In this document: piece by piece, positions 47,388 through 61,500 of the stretch | How positions within the stretch are numbered: position 1 is the first letter of the stretch | Layout: every line of letters starts with the position of its first letter | NCBI GenBank assembly: GCA_043228905.1 | Contig: JBHGNT010000008.1 | Coordinates: 15,624,001 to 15,688,000 of the forward strand | Source: Azolla caroliniana | Taxonomy: Eukaryota > Plantae > Polypodiophyta | Length of the DNA: 64,000 bases | Direction: 5' to 3' | Notes under the pieces: model-generated | What the model was told of the DNA's origin: nothing | Databases searched by the model: none | The model's input: the letters and a program-made list of their open reading frames with translations, nothing else | Translations under genes and position numbers: made by a program

Positions 47388-50150
47388 TGACATGGAGTTG
47401 ATTACGAAGAGAACTTTGCCCCGGTGACAAAGATGACAACAGTGTGGACCGTGATCGCACTCGCAACAGCGAAAGGGTGGCACCTCCACTAGATGGGCGT
47501 CAAGAACGCCTTTCTTCAAGGCGAATTGGAAGAGGAGTTGTACATGGTACAACCACCCACCTTTGAATCGCGTACTAATCGAAAAGCCGTGTGCAGACTC
47601 AAAAAGCCACTCTACGGTCTTAAGCAAGCACCGCATGCTTGGCATTTGAAGCCCATGCAGTATCTTCACCAAATCAGATTTTGAATGTCGAAATCGGACA
47701 ACTCCCTGTACATCCGAAATGAGTCGAACAACCCGATTTTCATCATCCTACACATGGATGATTTGGTAATCGGAGGACTAAATCTAGCCGAAGTCAATAC
47801 GGTGAAATCACTCCTATCCGGCAAATTTGACATGAAAGATATGCAGGAGCTCCATTACCTCCTTGGCATCGAAGTAATTCAGACACCAGTCAGGATCCTA
47901 ATCTCTCAATGGCACTACATTCTCAACTTACTCTACAAGTTCGGAATGACCGAGTGCAAACCTGTGTCTACTCCTCTTGACCGTATTCTCAAGCTCGATG
48001 TCGATTCCGGCACAGCCAAGTGCGAGCCAAGTTAGTATCGCCAACTGATCGGCAACCTCATCTACCTAACCATCACACGACTTGACCTCAGCTACTTTGT
48101 CGGCCTACTTAGCCAATTCATGCAAAACCCACAAAATCTCCATCTCGATTACGCTAAGAGGATACTGTTGGGAGATAGGTCCCTCCGGATGGGAAGGGAG
48201 AATAATAGTGCTGATGAACAAGCTCGACCGAGGCCGATAGGCCGAGGCCGAAACCGTATGAGGAGTACCCGACTACGGAGAGCCGGATGGTGCAGACCCG
48301 GTATGAACCGTATGAGGAGTACCCGGCTACGGAGAGCCGGATGGTGCAGACCCGGTATGAACCGTATGAGGAGTACCCGGCTACGGAGAGCCGGATGGTG
48401 CAGACCCGGTATGAACCGTAGGAGGAGTACCCGGCTACGGAGAGCCGGATGGTGCAGACCCGGTATGAACCATATGAGGAGTACCCGGCTACGGAGAGCC
48501 GGATGGTGCAGACCCGGTATGAACCGGATGAGGAGTACCCGGCTACGGAGAACCGGATGGTGCAGACCCGGTATGAACCGGATGAGGAGTACCCGGCTAC
48601 GGAGAGCCGGATGGTACAGACCCGGTTGAGAACCGGATGAGGAGTACCCGGCTACGGAGAGCCGGATGGTACAGACCCGGTGAGAACCGGATGAAGAGAC
48701 ATATTCGTAAATATGTTTTTGAGAGTCCATTGAGGCTATATTTGTAAATAGCCGAAAAGTCATATTAGTATAAATATGACTTAGGGCAAACTTTTAGGAA
48801 CTGTTGTTATTATTATTTCTTGTCTACGTGAGATTACAACACGTAACAGTGTACAGAGAGAGAGAGAGAGAAAGAGGTCGCTGCCTCTGTTGTAACCGCT
48901 GCCTGTGGCGAAGATTGTGAGCACGAGGTCGTTGCCTCCGTGAACTCATTGTTTTGTACATTTCCAACATAGTGATAGTTTGCAGCCTGTGGGCTGCCGT
49001 GGTTTTTCCCTTTAGTTTGGGTTTTCCACGTAAACATCTTGTGCACCTTTTCTCTCCTTTGTGTCGTGTTTTTTTTTTTTTTCGTTTCCTGTTTTCTGTG
49101 AATGATTCTAAGCTCGGTTGTGGCCGAGCGTTGTGCATAAGGAGCCTTGAGTTCATGTCAGATACTTCGGTATGTCAGTGGTACAATGGGTTACGGCATT
49201 ATGTACAAATTGAATACGCTTATTCAACTCGAAGTGTACACATACGCGGACTGGGCCGGATATAAGAACGATAGACGATCGACATCCTGATTCGTCTTCT
49301 CCCTCGACAGTAGAGCGATCTCGTGGAGCAGCAAGAAGCAACCGACAGTCGCACTGTCAAGTAGGGGGGCTGAATACAGGAGCGCAACAATCGCGGCATA
49401 CGAAGCCGTATGGCTGAAGCATGTACTAAAGGATCTGGGCGTGCCCATCAAATATCCGATTTTCTTATACTGTGACAACATGAGTAGTATCTACTTGGCT
49501 CGCAACCCCGTATTTCACGTGCAGACCAAACACATCGAAGTGCACTACCACTTCATTCGTGAGCGTGTTTAGGCCAGAGAAATCGATCTACAACACATCA
49601 ATATGCACCTTCAAGTCGTTGATATCTTTACAAAGGCCTTAAGTGTCAACAAGCTCAGGCAATTCACATCCGACCTTGGTCTCACGATATCCACATTGCC
49701 GAGCTTAAGGTGGAGTACAACATGTGACACAGAAGCAACCGATAACTAGCCAACACGGAAGTAACCGATCAGTTGATCAAAGCCGACCAGATGATTCGAG
49801 GTACGATGGCAGCAATCGAGCCAAACAAGAACCATGAAGCCGAAAAGTCGAACAAGAGTTTGGATGAGTAGGTTTACGAAAGCTGGAACCCGATTCATTC
49901 GAATCAAAGTACTCCGAAGACCGAACTAGAACAACTTTTTGACAAATGGAACTTGTGTTCGAAGGGGTGTGTTGAGAGTCAAACTCAACTTCCCATAGAG
50001 ATAGGTTTCACACTAGCTCATGGACACACCAGGCTAGTTTTGTAAATAGTTGAAAGGGCACTTGCCCTAGCCTAGTTGGTATTTAAATCAACCCTGTGTA
50101 ACTTAGTGGTTGTTGGAAGTAATATACAGTTTCTTGTTCTCTCCATGCGG
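47388..50150 (+). mobile_element. Degenerate Copia RT-RNaseH, 3' region and LTR start (49970), interrupted by a solo LTR
   Basis: HGVDYEENFAPV, KNAFLQG, LYGLKQAP, HMDDL, YADWAG, CDNMSSI, TKHIEVHYHFIRE, then GAAGGGGTG|TGTTGAGAGTC. Confidence 0.9.
48166..49160 (+). mobile_element. Solo LTR of the repeat-bearing Copia family with ~8 copies of the ~53-bp repeat
   Basis: TG..CA ends, TSD GATAC at 48161-48165 and 49161-49165. Confidence 0.95.
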
Positions 50151-50539
50151 CTTAGCTCACATGCATTGTGATGTGAAACAGGGTGTTGGGGCACAAGTGA
50201 TGAGAGTGGTCAGTTATGCACACTTTGCCCTAAACAAGTTCACGAGTCTGAGTATCATACTTTGATACAATGCTCTACCTTTGATCATATTCGACCATGC
50301 ATTCCACATCTCTTTGACCGAGCCCAATCTTTGCATGAATTCCTCTCACAACCACAATGTGCACTCTCGATTGCAACATTCATTGGTAAAGTTCTTGAAT
50401 ATCGAGAGTCACTACTTACTTTCACACGTATCACATGAAATTTAATATTTTTGGTCTCATAGGTCATATTTGACCTCCGAAGAAGATAATATAATCTCTC
50501 TCTCTCTCTCTCTCTGCATGTCTTACACACACACATTCA

Positions 50540-52070
50540 TCTTCCGCTGCACTAAATCTCGCTCGATTCTTTACACCCTTGTTATAGAAATTCGTGGACA
50601 TCAAGTTTATCTCCAACCCATAGTGTTGGTCAATCCACACTGTCGTTTCCGTTGTTGCTCTCGCCTAATGTGGCTTAAGGTAGTGGTTGTTAGTATACCC
50701 GTCTTCCACCGCCACTTCATCAATATGCATCGCCTTTACTTCGACCGGCTTCTCACTCTTAGGCTTCGTCGAGAGCCGCTTCCTCTTCACCAGGTCGACG
50801 ATGTTGTTGTGGAACTCCTTCCTTGCTATCCCCAACACTTCTCGTAGCGTGAGTTCCACCCGAATGTCAAGGATCTACTCCTCCAAGACCTTGCCCAAGT
50901 CTGTCGACTTCTCGATTTCCGAGCTCATTCGGAAGCTCAAAATCTTCCCCTTTTCTTTTTCTTGTCAGCCACCCAAACCGACATCCTCTTTCCTCGGCTC
51001 ATTCCGGGTTCGAAGGTTCGGCCCCCCCGTCACCACATGAATGTCTGGTCGATTGGTGGGCGCTGATCACGCACTTGACCGTCATCTTCCCTCTAGGCCG
51101 AAGCGATCTGAAGATCGCACACCATCTCCGTTAGCTCATCCAGAGCCACGCCCCTTGACGGTCCTACAACCACGTTGGTTGAAACCATGCCCGACTCAAG
51201 CCACCTTCTCGTCTCTACTGACTGAGTCGGGATTGGTTCCTTTGACTTCCTGCTGGTAGTCAGGCCAGTTGTCGACGACCCAACGTCATTCCATTCTCTC
51301 CGTTTATCAAAACGGCGGCAAACTCTTTTGACCATGGCCCAATCGACCGTGAGCCCTTCATCCATCTCCAAGAGGAGACCTACCTTCTCCCGATCAAGTG
51401 CGTCGACGGACGTAATAAATAACAGGACCTTGCTCATATCGAGCATGAATTGGTCAGACGCCGAGAGTCGAGCGAATCATTTTTCAAACTCCTAGAGGAG
51501 CACCGAGGTATTCCTCCCCTTTCCGAGGCTCTCGACCCATTCCATGAACTCCCATTTCAACAACCGGAGTGAGTCGTCGAAACCATACCTTTCGAAGAGC
51601 CATCCCTCGAAATCCAACCAATTCCGATAGTTGGCTTGGACCTCGAGCACTTCTACATGGATGCTCAACATTACAACTCGTGGGAATTCGAACAACTATG
51701 TGCCCTTCAGAATGTCCTCATTATCATTTTGGCTTTGTAGGCCTCCAAGTAGCTCGTCGTGTCTTTTCCGTTGGACCAGCCTATCGTGCCGACTATCGTT
51801 TCGATGGCCATGTGGAGCCCACCCACGTTTTCCTAACTGTTCACCAGGCAGTTAACAACCACCTCCATTGCATCAACAAGTTCGCTTCTTCTCATTTTGA
51901 GCTCCTTTGCCGCCCCTTTCACATCGGGTTCACCAAAGATGTTGCGGATTTCCACGAGTATGTGTTGAAACGGGGCGGGACTACCGAGGTCTCAGACCAA
52001 GGAGCCGGTAAGGGAAGAGGGATTATCCGGATTGGTTTCCGGACAACTTCGCATCAATCACCATTCTTCC
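50540..52070 (-). mobile_element. Degenerate Gypsy-like gag-region fragment
   Basis: Fragmented collinear minus-strand ORFs (51492-51695, 51093-51446, 50665-50859 'ELTLREVLGIA') with retroelement-like character. Confidence 0.5.
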
Positions 52071-52214
52071 TCCCTATACGTGTGGTCTTAAGATACCTAT
52101 TTACCACCCCTAGTATTCATCAACACATAAATATTTACATGTGTTTATACATAAAGACAATTTTGTGTGCATCTGTGCACACCCCCATTCACACACATTT
52201 AGCAAGTTTTCTCC

Positions 52215-53755
52215 TAGTAGCCGGAATCCTCCACAACTCCGTGTTCTTGTTTCAAACCTTTGGCGACAAGCCAATCTTTATATTTGAGCTTCTCCGAATC
52301 GGATACGTATTTGTATCTGAAAACCCATTCGTAGGGCAGCGGCTTCCTTCTAGGTGGTAGTTCGACCAATTCCCATGTCTTGTTCGTATGTATTACATCA
52401 GTATGTACGACTTCCAACTGTGCCTTCTTTCTCAACGGGGCTCTTGATTGGAATGAGGCTTTGTTTTGCTTGTCGGCCAAGCAATCGGTGCACTTCGCAA
52501 GTTGCATATTCTTCACCTTCAGAATGAGGTTTCTGGAGGTGGCTTCACAACGTAATTGTTGAGGTGCCTTTTCTGTCCAAAATCTTCTTCGTCTCTACAC
52601 CATCAACTCCCCCTTTCTCTTTCCGGAAGTGTCGGCAATTCGATACCCCGACTTCCCACAATAGAAGCATGTGGGACTTCCTCTAGACTTTGACCTTGTC
52701 CTCGACTTCTCTTGGTTCTGTGGACTTCTATTCTGGCCCCTCCCCTAGTTCATGTCATCTTTTGTGATTAAGACCTTTTGGTTGGTAATGAACTCTTTGT
52801 CCTTCTGGCGAGCTTCTTCATTTAACAAGCTCGACTTCACCATCTTTAGGGATAGGTGTTTCCCTTCCAGTCCTGCGTTGCCTGGTGTGACAACTAGTGT
52901 TTCGCAACTATTTATAAGGGATCCCAGCAACAACAATGCTAATACCTCGTCGGTTGTCGTCTTCATATGCATTACCTCCCAGGTCGATGCATCAATTTTA
53001 TCTGGTTTTCCATCTCCGAACTACAGTAGCAGATAGAGGTCTCTGGACACTAACATGTCCCGCATCTTCGACTTCCACATTGAATAGTTGGAGTTGGTAA
53101 GTTTGAACATTCCACCTAGATGTTCGCCCATCGTTGTGATACCACTTTGATGCGGATCGACTGGCCACAACCGGTTATCACGTGTGCAAATGAGGGTGCA
53201 AAGCTCGAAATGATAGAGAACTGAAGACGGAAATCACAATACAAAGACACAAGTGTTTTAACGTGGAAAAACCCTGAGGGGAAAAAACCACGGGAGTCCA
53301 CAAATTCCGAACTGTATCACTATGGGAGAAAGGAATACAACAAAAACTGCAAGGCAACAACCTTGAGTTCTTCCTTGTCAGACCGACGGTTACAAAGGAG
53401 ACACTCTCACTCTCACTTTCTCTTACTCTCTCTTAGTTACAAAGGCAACTACCAACAACAACTATACACATTTGAGGTTTCTCAAAACATACATCAAAAG
53501 GATTTACCCTAGTTATATTTAAACTAATACAACTTTAGGGCTATATTTAAACTTAGGCGCGCAGAAACATATTTACTAATATGTCCCTTTTGGGATGCCG
53601 ATCTGGATCCAGATCCAGTCTCTTTTCTTCATCGAATCCAATTGATCCGGTTGCTCCTTTCCATCCAACTCGCTCTCTCCTTCAAAGCCAGTTCTCCGAA
53701 CTCTGATCCAGCTCAGGCTTTCTTCTTCCCATCCGGAGGGACCTGTTTCCTAACA
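52215..53755 (-). mobile_element. Older, heavily deleted Copia relative of the 31851-35929 family; 5' LTR 53148-53755
   Basis: PBS-like TGGTATCAC at ~53136-53144. gag MFKLTNSNYSMWKSKMRDML and ALLLLGSL match the younger element. Shared LTR end CCCATCCGGAGGGACCTGT..AACA. Confidence 0.85.
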
Positions 53756-53899
53756 TGTTACGATGTAGATTGAGGCACACCAACATACATATTAAATTCA
53801 CCCAAAAGTAATCTTGGGCAACCACAGTAGGGTCTAAAGTAGTGAACCCCTACTAAAATATATTGAGCGGCTTAGTTAGGGGCATACATCCCCAAAAAC

Positions 53900-54810
53900 C
53901 ATATAACCTACTCAAATTATGTGATTACTATAACCAAAGCTGACCATAAGGATCATTATGTACATCTTGAGGATAATATTCATCCAACACAATTGATACC
54001 ACACCTAAATAATGATTACAATGATGTCCTACATTCAATAAAGAATGTCCACATCAATGAATTGTGAACCACTTGGTATGAAGATGGCCCACTACCAAAC
54101 ACACGGTTTACACACGTCCAAGGATGGATTCATCATCAAGCCACCTTATATGAACATACATCTATCCTATGCGTTGCGTGGTGTGAAGAACACTATGGAA
54201 CTTGAAGAACACTATGTTTGTCACTGTAGTGACTTTTATGAAATAAGGAGATACCATTGCCTCTTTAAACAAGGCTTTAGCCCACTATGGAAGGTAATGG
54301 AATATGAGGACCAATAGTGCCTAGAAAATTTCTTGGTAGAACTCAAGATACATAGGGAAAAGTTGTTGATGGACAATAGTACAACCACAAAGAACAATCA
54401 CAACTTTCTTTAGCCATGTCACTCCTAGTAATGCAACAAATCAATCAAGGGCTACACAAATGGGCTCTTGACCATGACATAACATAAGGGTTACAATACA
54501 CAAGCCCCAACCCCATGAACCATGACCTCGACATCCTTGTCAATGACAAATAAAGGCCATTATATCCCATCATTTTGTCAATGCTTCCCTCATTTTGGAG
54601 ACCTCTCCAAATTAGATCAAGTTATGTTAGAGATCTTTCGAAGACAAATGTATATCTAATTGTATAATATATCTAACTTGAGAATCTCAGATGTGTCAAA
54701 AGCCAAATTCTTTAATCTCTTTTTATTTTGATTTGTTGTTCTCAAAGACGAGACAACATTTAAGATGGAATCTTCTGTTTGGTCTTATAGGCCATTTTGG
54801 CCACTTAAAA
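53900..54810 (+). mobile_element. 3' fragment of a non-LTR retrotransposon (RTEX-like LINE)
   Basis: EEHYVCHCSDFYEIRRYHCLFK resembles a LINE C-terminal zinc-knuckle region. Shares sequence with 59400-60170, and its 3' tail is also seen at 58085-58150. Confidence 0.6.
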
Positions 54811-55576
54811 GACGATAATCTTTCACTCTGCACTCTCTCTTTTTCTTGGTGAAAACATATAATTAAACTACTAACAATGTGTTTCACGATCGAGTATGGT
54901 CACCCACTAACTACATGGGTAGAACATGTTGAATTGCCACTAGACAAGACACTACATGGGTAGAACATGTTGACTTGCCAATAAACAAGACGAACACTCC
55001 ATCAAAGAAAGAATTTTGACTTGCTCCAATAAAGAAAATTGTTACGCTAGTCTTCCTTACAACTTTCCTAAAAATGCTTCACTCCATGACTCCCATCAAA
55101 TAACAAACATTGCGCATATCCCAATTACGATGCAATCCCCAATACCTCATTAATAAAAAACAATCTCCATCTTTGATTTTGGGTCAACTATGTGAATTCT
55201 GCAAACATCCCCCCTGTCTAGTCATCAAACGTTATAAAACTTGCCAAATTAAAGAAATGTAACTCCAAATCTAATAACCAATCAAAACCCTCCCTCTCTT
55301 ATGACAAGTCTTTCAAACAACGTAAAGGAACGAAAATTTTTGCTATTCAATGGCACAAGAGGTACATACCATCTCATCAAGAAAAAGAAAAATTAGCTCA
55401 CACACATCATGTAAACTTATTTGCTCGAGGCAACGAACAAAAATTCTTTTACAGTTTTAAATATTCCTTGCCATTCCGTGGCCCAAGGAAAGAGTGCCTC
55501 ATTCTATGCCAAAGAAAATAACAAAAGGGAACAAAACTGAGAGCACAAATACAAATACAATGTCATCTTTAGATTT

Positions 55577-58500
55577 CTATGTCCATGCTTCGTTGGCATT
55601 GTGTTTGTGCGGGTTTTCAATGTCATTTGTTGCAGATGGACCAGAAGCAGGACCCCAAATCACTCTCTTTAAGATATCATCACTACGATCGCCAGCGAAT
55701 TCTCTGTAAAATTTGGTTGATTTTACAGATTTGAGTTTCTGCAGATTACTTGCATTCTTTGAGCTCCCTTGTCGAAACATCATAGACATAACTGACCCTG
55801 AAGAGTATATTCTCAACATTAGAGATCAGCACTATAAATAGACAGAACATATGCTAAGGATGCTAGAAAAGAAGCACACTTGTGCTTTAAACACATTCAA
55901 GAAAAGACATCAACTTATGCTAAATGCATTCTTGAAAATAACACCACAGAAAACTTGAACCTAACTTCTTTATAGAAAAACTAGTGACTTCTGTTTAAAA
56001 GCATTCTAGTAAAGAAGCTATTTATGTCAAAACAAGTATGGATAACAAGGTATTTATGCTGAAAACTCAAGAAGCCACAAAAGAATGGCATTTGAATCTA
56101 ACCTCCTTCTCGGAATATGAGGTCATTGTGCTTTTGCCATGTATTCAAGAATGGTTTTTTGGGCACTGGAACCAGTTTGAATACTGCTGCGAGTGGCATG
56201 CTGTATAATGAAACATTGTGTTTTAATAGAAACGGAAAAAGTATGATGATTGATGATTGGATTGTAATGTATGTTGCGATTCAGTAATGCTAGAAATCAG
56301 ATGCAGAAATCTTTCATATTTGAGAAAAGTACGAATCAGTACCTGAAAAGACCAAGAGCAATACACAAGAGCCATCTATGCCAAGACAGATTCACAGTAG
56401 ACGTAAATGATCCACAGAGCTCAACAAGGATTACCTGTGCATAACTAGATTTAGTACCTTGAAAATCTTGGAGAGGGATCGTTTTTAAAATTTCCCCAAG
56501 ATTAATCATGGTTTCCCAAGCAGTTCACTACTGATAGACATTGATGTCATATGAGAGCATTGTACATTGATGTCATATTAGAGCAGTTACATAGGGTAGC
56601 AACGTAATTTAACAATAATTTAAATTTGCGGCTATTTGAATCTTCACGTCCACAATTTGCAATTTCTATATCATTCACTTCCATAATACTCATGTAAGAG
56701 TTCATTATATCGCAAGTTCATATCATTTGAATGTTCTCAATGGTCTGATTTCCAGTTAACAGGAAGAGTATAGATCCCCCATGATTTCTAACACTTCCAA
56801 ATTTCTGTGGTGTAACCCTTATTCAAGATGAACCATGCATTTACAAATGGAGCTCATTCATATTTTAGGGTTGAAAAGACGTCACCTGCACACAACACGT
56901 TATAAGAAAAACATATATGAAAATCTTGCTTTGCCATATGCCTTTCAAAACATTGATCTCTTCTGGCTTCCTTGCATTGAATTCATTGAACACCTGCCAA
57001 AGGAGGGAAAAGAGAAACCCAATCACATGACAACATTCTTGATTGGTAAACACAACATAATTGATCTATTACTTGCAATTCCTTTACGCATTGGCAAGAA
57101 AAACCTTACCTGACAAAAGACAAACGCATTGAAAATGACTGTTTCAACTTCCTTGTCAGCATGAGTTAGATGTTCTGGTCCTGACGGTATCTCCTGAAAT
57201 TAAATTCATAGATAAATCTTCGATGCTTCAGATAATCTAGAAAAGTGCAGTCAAACCGTGGATATACATACATATATATATGGCTATTTAAAAATATATA
57301 TGCAAACAAAAAGCAAGAAAATTACATCGAGAGGCAGGCCCAATATAGTCTTTCCATGGAAGTGCAATACCAGCAGCAAAATAAGTTGATATAGGAACTG
57401 CATCCCAAGAAATTAATTAAATGCAATGATTTGGCAATAAAGATATGAAATTTGAATCTCATTCTTTTAATCATACTTTCCAGTTTTCCCCATATTTCAT
57501 TGCATAAAGAAAGAATTTAAACCTGACCGAACATATTTCGCCACATGATGTTTGTTATGAGTGGATCTCTGCAAGCCAAGATCTTACAGTCAGAATTTAG
57601 TGTACTTGTTTAAGGATTAAATAAGAACACATACAAAGCATGACGTGATGATGTGAGTAGAGATACAATACTCTGGGTTGCAACCTGTAATGGTGAAAGC
57701 TACGTTACGACTTCGATTGGCTGGGTAGATAGGGAGACAGAAACAGTCGATGTCAATCAAGTATAAGGGTGTGAGCTGAGGAAATTGCCCACTATACTCG
57801 CTCATCTCCCAATATGTAAATGCTCCTGAGTGTGATCATAAATATGCTGTCTTATGACGGACTAGAAGGATCAGCTGCAATGATCATGGATCAATATAAT
57901 TTCCACTTAGCTAGAATGGCATTGTTCAAAAGAAGAGCTACCATATAAAGTAAGTGGCCGGTGTTATCAGCAGCAACATGTGCCTTTGTGTTTCAGTGCT
58001 AGGTCATGTGCATATGCTTTATCCAAATGTCTTATTCTACTTCTCTTTAATTATTTTTACTTAGCTATGTTTATATTGGTTTGTTCTCAAAGATGAAACA
58101 GTATTTTAAGATGTAATCTCTTGTTTGGTCTTATAGGCCATTTTGGCCTCTTTCTTTCTTTATTCTTGTTTAGCCTCATAGGTATTTTGGTGTCTTGTTT
58201 AGCCTCATAAATAAATGTATATGTATGTATGTATATATGTATAATTTCTGCTCACGTCTCTTGAGTTCTAGCAACAACAATCTCAAGCACTGTGGCTACT
58301 TATATTCACCTTGTATAGTAGGTTTATATCTCCCTCATATTTCATCAAAAACCGTACAATGGCACACGTTCTTTGTATTTCACTCACTGATGACACGAGT
58401 GGCAGATTTTTTCTTCCAGAGATCTCAATCTCCAATTGATGTGAAGAGGTCCATTGCTGTCATATCATTCTGCACAATGCATGCAATAGATGTATATCCA

Positions 58501-61500
58501 TATGTTAAGGATCTGCCATCTGGAACAAGAACCATGAAGACCCCGGCACCAAGAATGTACATAATGCTCAAGATGACACTAGAAAAAGGTGGGATAGAGT
58601 ATATCTCACTAAAACGCTTATAGCTAAATGGCCATCCAAGCAAGAAAAAACAACCTTTGGTGATTTTCATGGCTATTCTTCCTTGGATCTCTCTTTTCAC
58701 ATAGTTTGTACTAGAGCTCTAAATTTTTTCTTCTATCTTTCACTTGAGCCAAAGAGTGATTAAGCTTGAGAGCTACTTAGCTAAACCCTAATCACTCTAT
58801 CTCTTGTATGTGTACCATATACATCTTCATAATAGAAGTGATGTTTATATTATTTTGAGATCTTCTTATGTGTGTGTCTTAAGTGCTAATCTTCTATTAA
58901 GAGAGAGATAATGTGTGAGAGAATGAGTGCCAGTGCTAGTTAGACTAGGGTTGTGAAGCTCGGGGCTCGAGGGTAATCGCTGATCCAGATCCTTCAGATC
59001 AATGATATTGATGTGGAGGTAGAACACTGTCAGTTCATAGACGTGTTCCAGTCTCAGGAACATGGAACACCCCACACCATATAAGAGAGACCGATGATAA
59101 ATCCATCCTTTGATGTATGTGAAAAGATGCGCTAGCAATGGGGAACTGGCTCTTTCCAAATATTGTAACTTATCAATGTGGGTAAAAAATGTAAAAAAAG
59201 GTAGATTGATGTGGGTGGGAGAGATTGTAGTTCAAGGGCATGCTTGGAAAAGATATCCATACTGAGATCCTATTTGCTGAATGAAATTGTATTGGTTGCC
59301 AACTCTCGCTGAAGGGACTACAAAAACATCTAGATGCTTTAAAATTATTTTCTATAGTGAAAGATATGTCAGAAAACATTGATAAGACTAAAGTGATGAT
59401 GTTTAATACTACCAAGCATGTGTAACAAGATCAGAACCAAATTTCCCATTAGGAAAGGGAATTGTGTCATATGTATAGTCCCAACGCATACCTATGCACT
59501 TGGATCTACCATTAGGACTTTTGAGCTCGATTGTGTGATAGATCAACTCAGGATTTCTTCATATCTGCTGGAGATTGTGATAGAAACATATGCACTTGGA
59601 TTTGCCAATTGTGTCAAAAGGTCAAATAGGACAAACGTTGTGTTTGACATTGTGGCACTTCTATGAAATAAGGAGATACACTGCCTCTTCAAACAAGGGT
59701 TTGACCCATTACAATAAGAAAACTGATGGTGCTTGGGACTATTCTTGCTAGAATTCAAGAGAGATCGACAAGTTATCAAAGGACACCAGAAACTTATCAA
59801 CAAAGAACCACTTTCTTTTTAGCTTTATCACTCATGCTACAATTCAATCAAGGGCTAAGGAGACTCTTCAGTCCCTTATATTTAGTTTAATTTCTTCAGT
59901 TAGGTTAATTGTTCTAAGAAGAAAACACATTTTAAGATATAATCTCTTCTTTGGTTTCATAACCATTTTGGCCTCAAATTCATTACTCATGCTACAAGTA
60001 AATCATGGGCTACACAAACAGGGACTTGGCCACAACATTTAAAAGTGAGAAACAATAGATCATCAAATAGTAATTTGTTGTGCATGTAGGTGAAGTCCAT
60101 CTGGACTATGACCCTGTCGTCCTTGTTATCGACAAATGAATGCTATTATAACCCAACATGTTTCCCTCACTTCAGGCATCTGTTGGAGATCTTTCCGAGA
60201 CAGACGTTTCAGTCCATCTAAGCTTGGAAAGTTTTAAGCTTATAGCTAATGAGATTCCATGGTACCATTGGTATATTTAATGTGGTTATCTCTTGTTCGA
60301 TCTTTTAGCTATTCTGGAGTCTTGAAAGATGATTATATAGTGTTCTTTATGATGAGTTATTGCATTGGAAAAATATCCTCAAAAAGGTCTCCGGGATATC
60401 TCCTTAAAGAACACTAACTCAGCTATTAAGAGAGGTACTCCTAAATTTTAGTCAATTCTGCACATTGTCTGTTATCCTTAGGTCTAAAATGTGCTGGGAA
60501 GAGTTACATCATAATGATGTAAGCACGTCAAAGATAGAGTTCAAATATGAACGATTTCCTTAATGTTATAATTTAATTTAAAGTTCCACAAATCGAAAGG
60601 TAATCATACCGCTTCCTCACTGGTTCTCTATGCATCAAATTTTCATTAGGGGGTTCAGTTGCCAAGGCAAGTGCTCCCATTGTATCCATAATAAGGTTTA
60701 CCCACAGAAGCTATATTGAGAAAACACAGTATGTCAGATAAATACTCACATTTGAGTCTTCAACTCCAAATGTAAATGATAACAGAAAGTCGCACCTGTA
60801 CAGCTGTCAATGGAGCTCTGCCATCTGCTAGAGCTGCGATAAAATTTAGGGCCAAAGCCACTCCATTTACTGTACATTGGAATTGAATGAATTTTTGGAT
60901 ATTTGAATAGACAGATCTTCCCCATCTGACAACCTATACAACGTTCAGAGCACATTCTTGTTATCTCTTCTTGATATATCTATACAAATATGTATAAAAT
61001 AATGGTGTGGAAGTGAATTCTTGATTACCCACATTGCAATGCCACTCCATGTACTGTAAATTAGAAATCAATGAAGTTTTGGGTATCTAAATAAACAGCC
61101 CTTTCCCAATTTGACGACCAATGCAACGTTCATAGCACATTCATGTTATCTTATGAAACATCGATACAAATATCTACAGAAATATGGTGTGGAAGTGCAT
61201 TCTTGATTCCCTGAATAGTAGTCACATTTGAACCTGGATAACATAGTTCGAAAAATTTCCCAATATCTCCAATAGTAACTAACCTTTCAAACAAAAGGAG
61301 TATATCTTACATACACCCTGAGAATGTTATTTGAAAAAATCCCCGTAAATAGTCCATTTATAATATGATATTCCTACCATAATGAAAGGTGGCTTAAACA
61401 TGAAAGGTGAAACTCAGACTGCTTGAAGTTATAGAGGATGATGTGATGTCATGTAGGCATCTACGTAGAGATCTTATAAAATATTCAAAAATTTAATGCA

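Noticed and set aside
48120-48763. Repetitive ORFs (RMRSTRLRRAGWCRPG)n and their antisense equivalents
   Set aside because: They are by-products of the stop-poor LTR minisatellite, and the frame shifts with unit length.
51569-52360. 263-aa plus-strand ORF
   Set aside because: It spans the junction of two unrelated minus-strand retroelement fragments and has no coherent motif.
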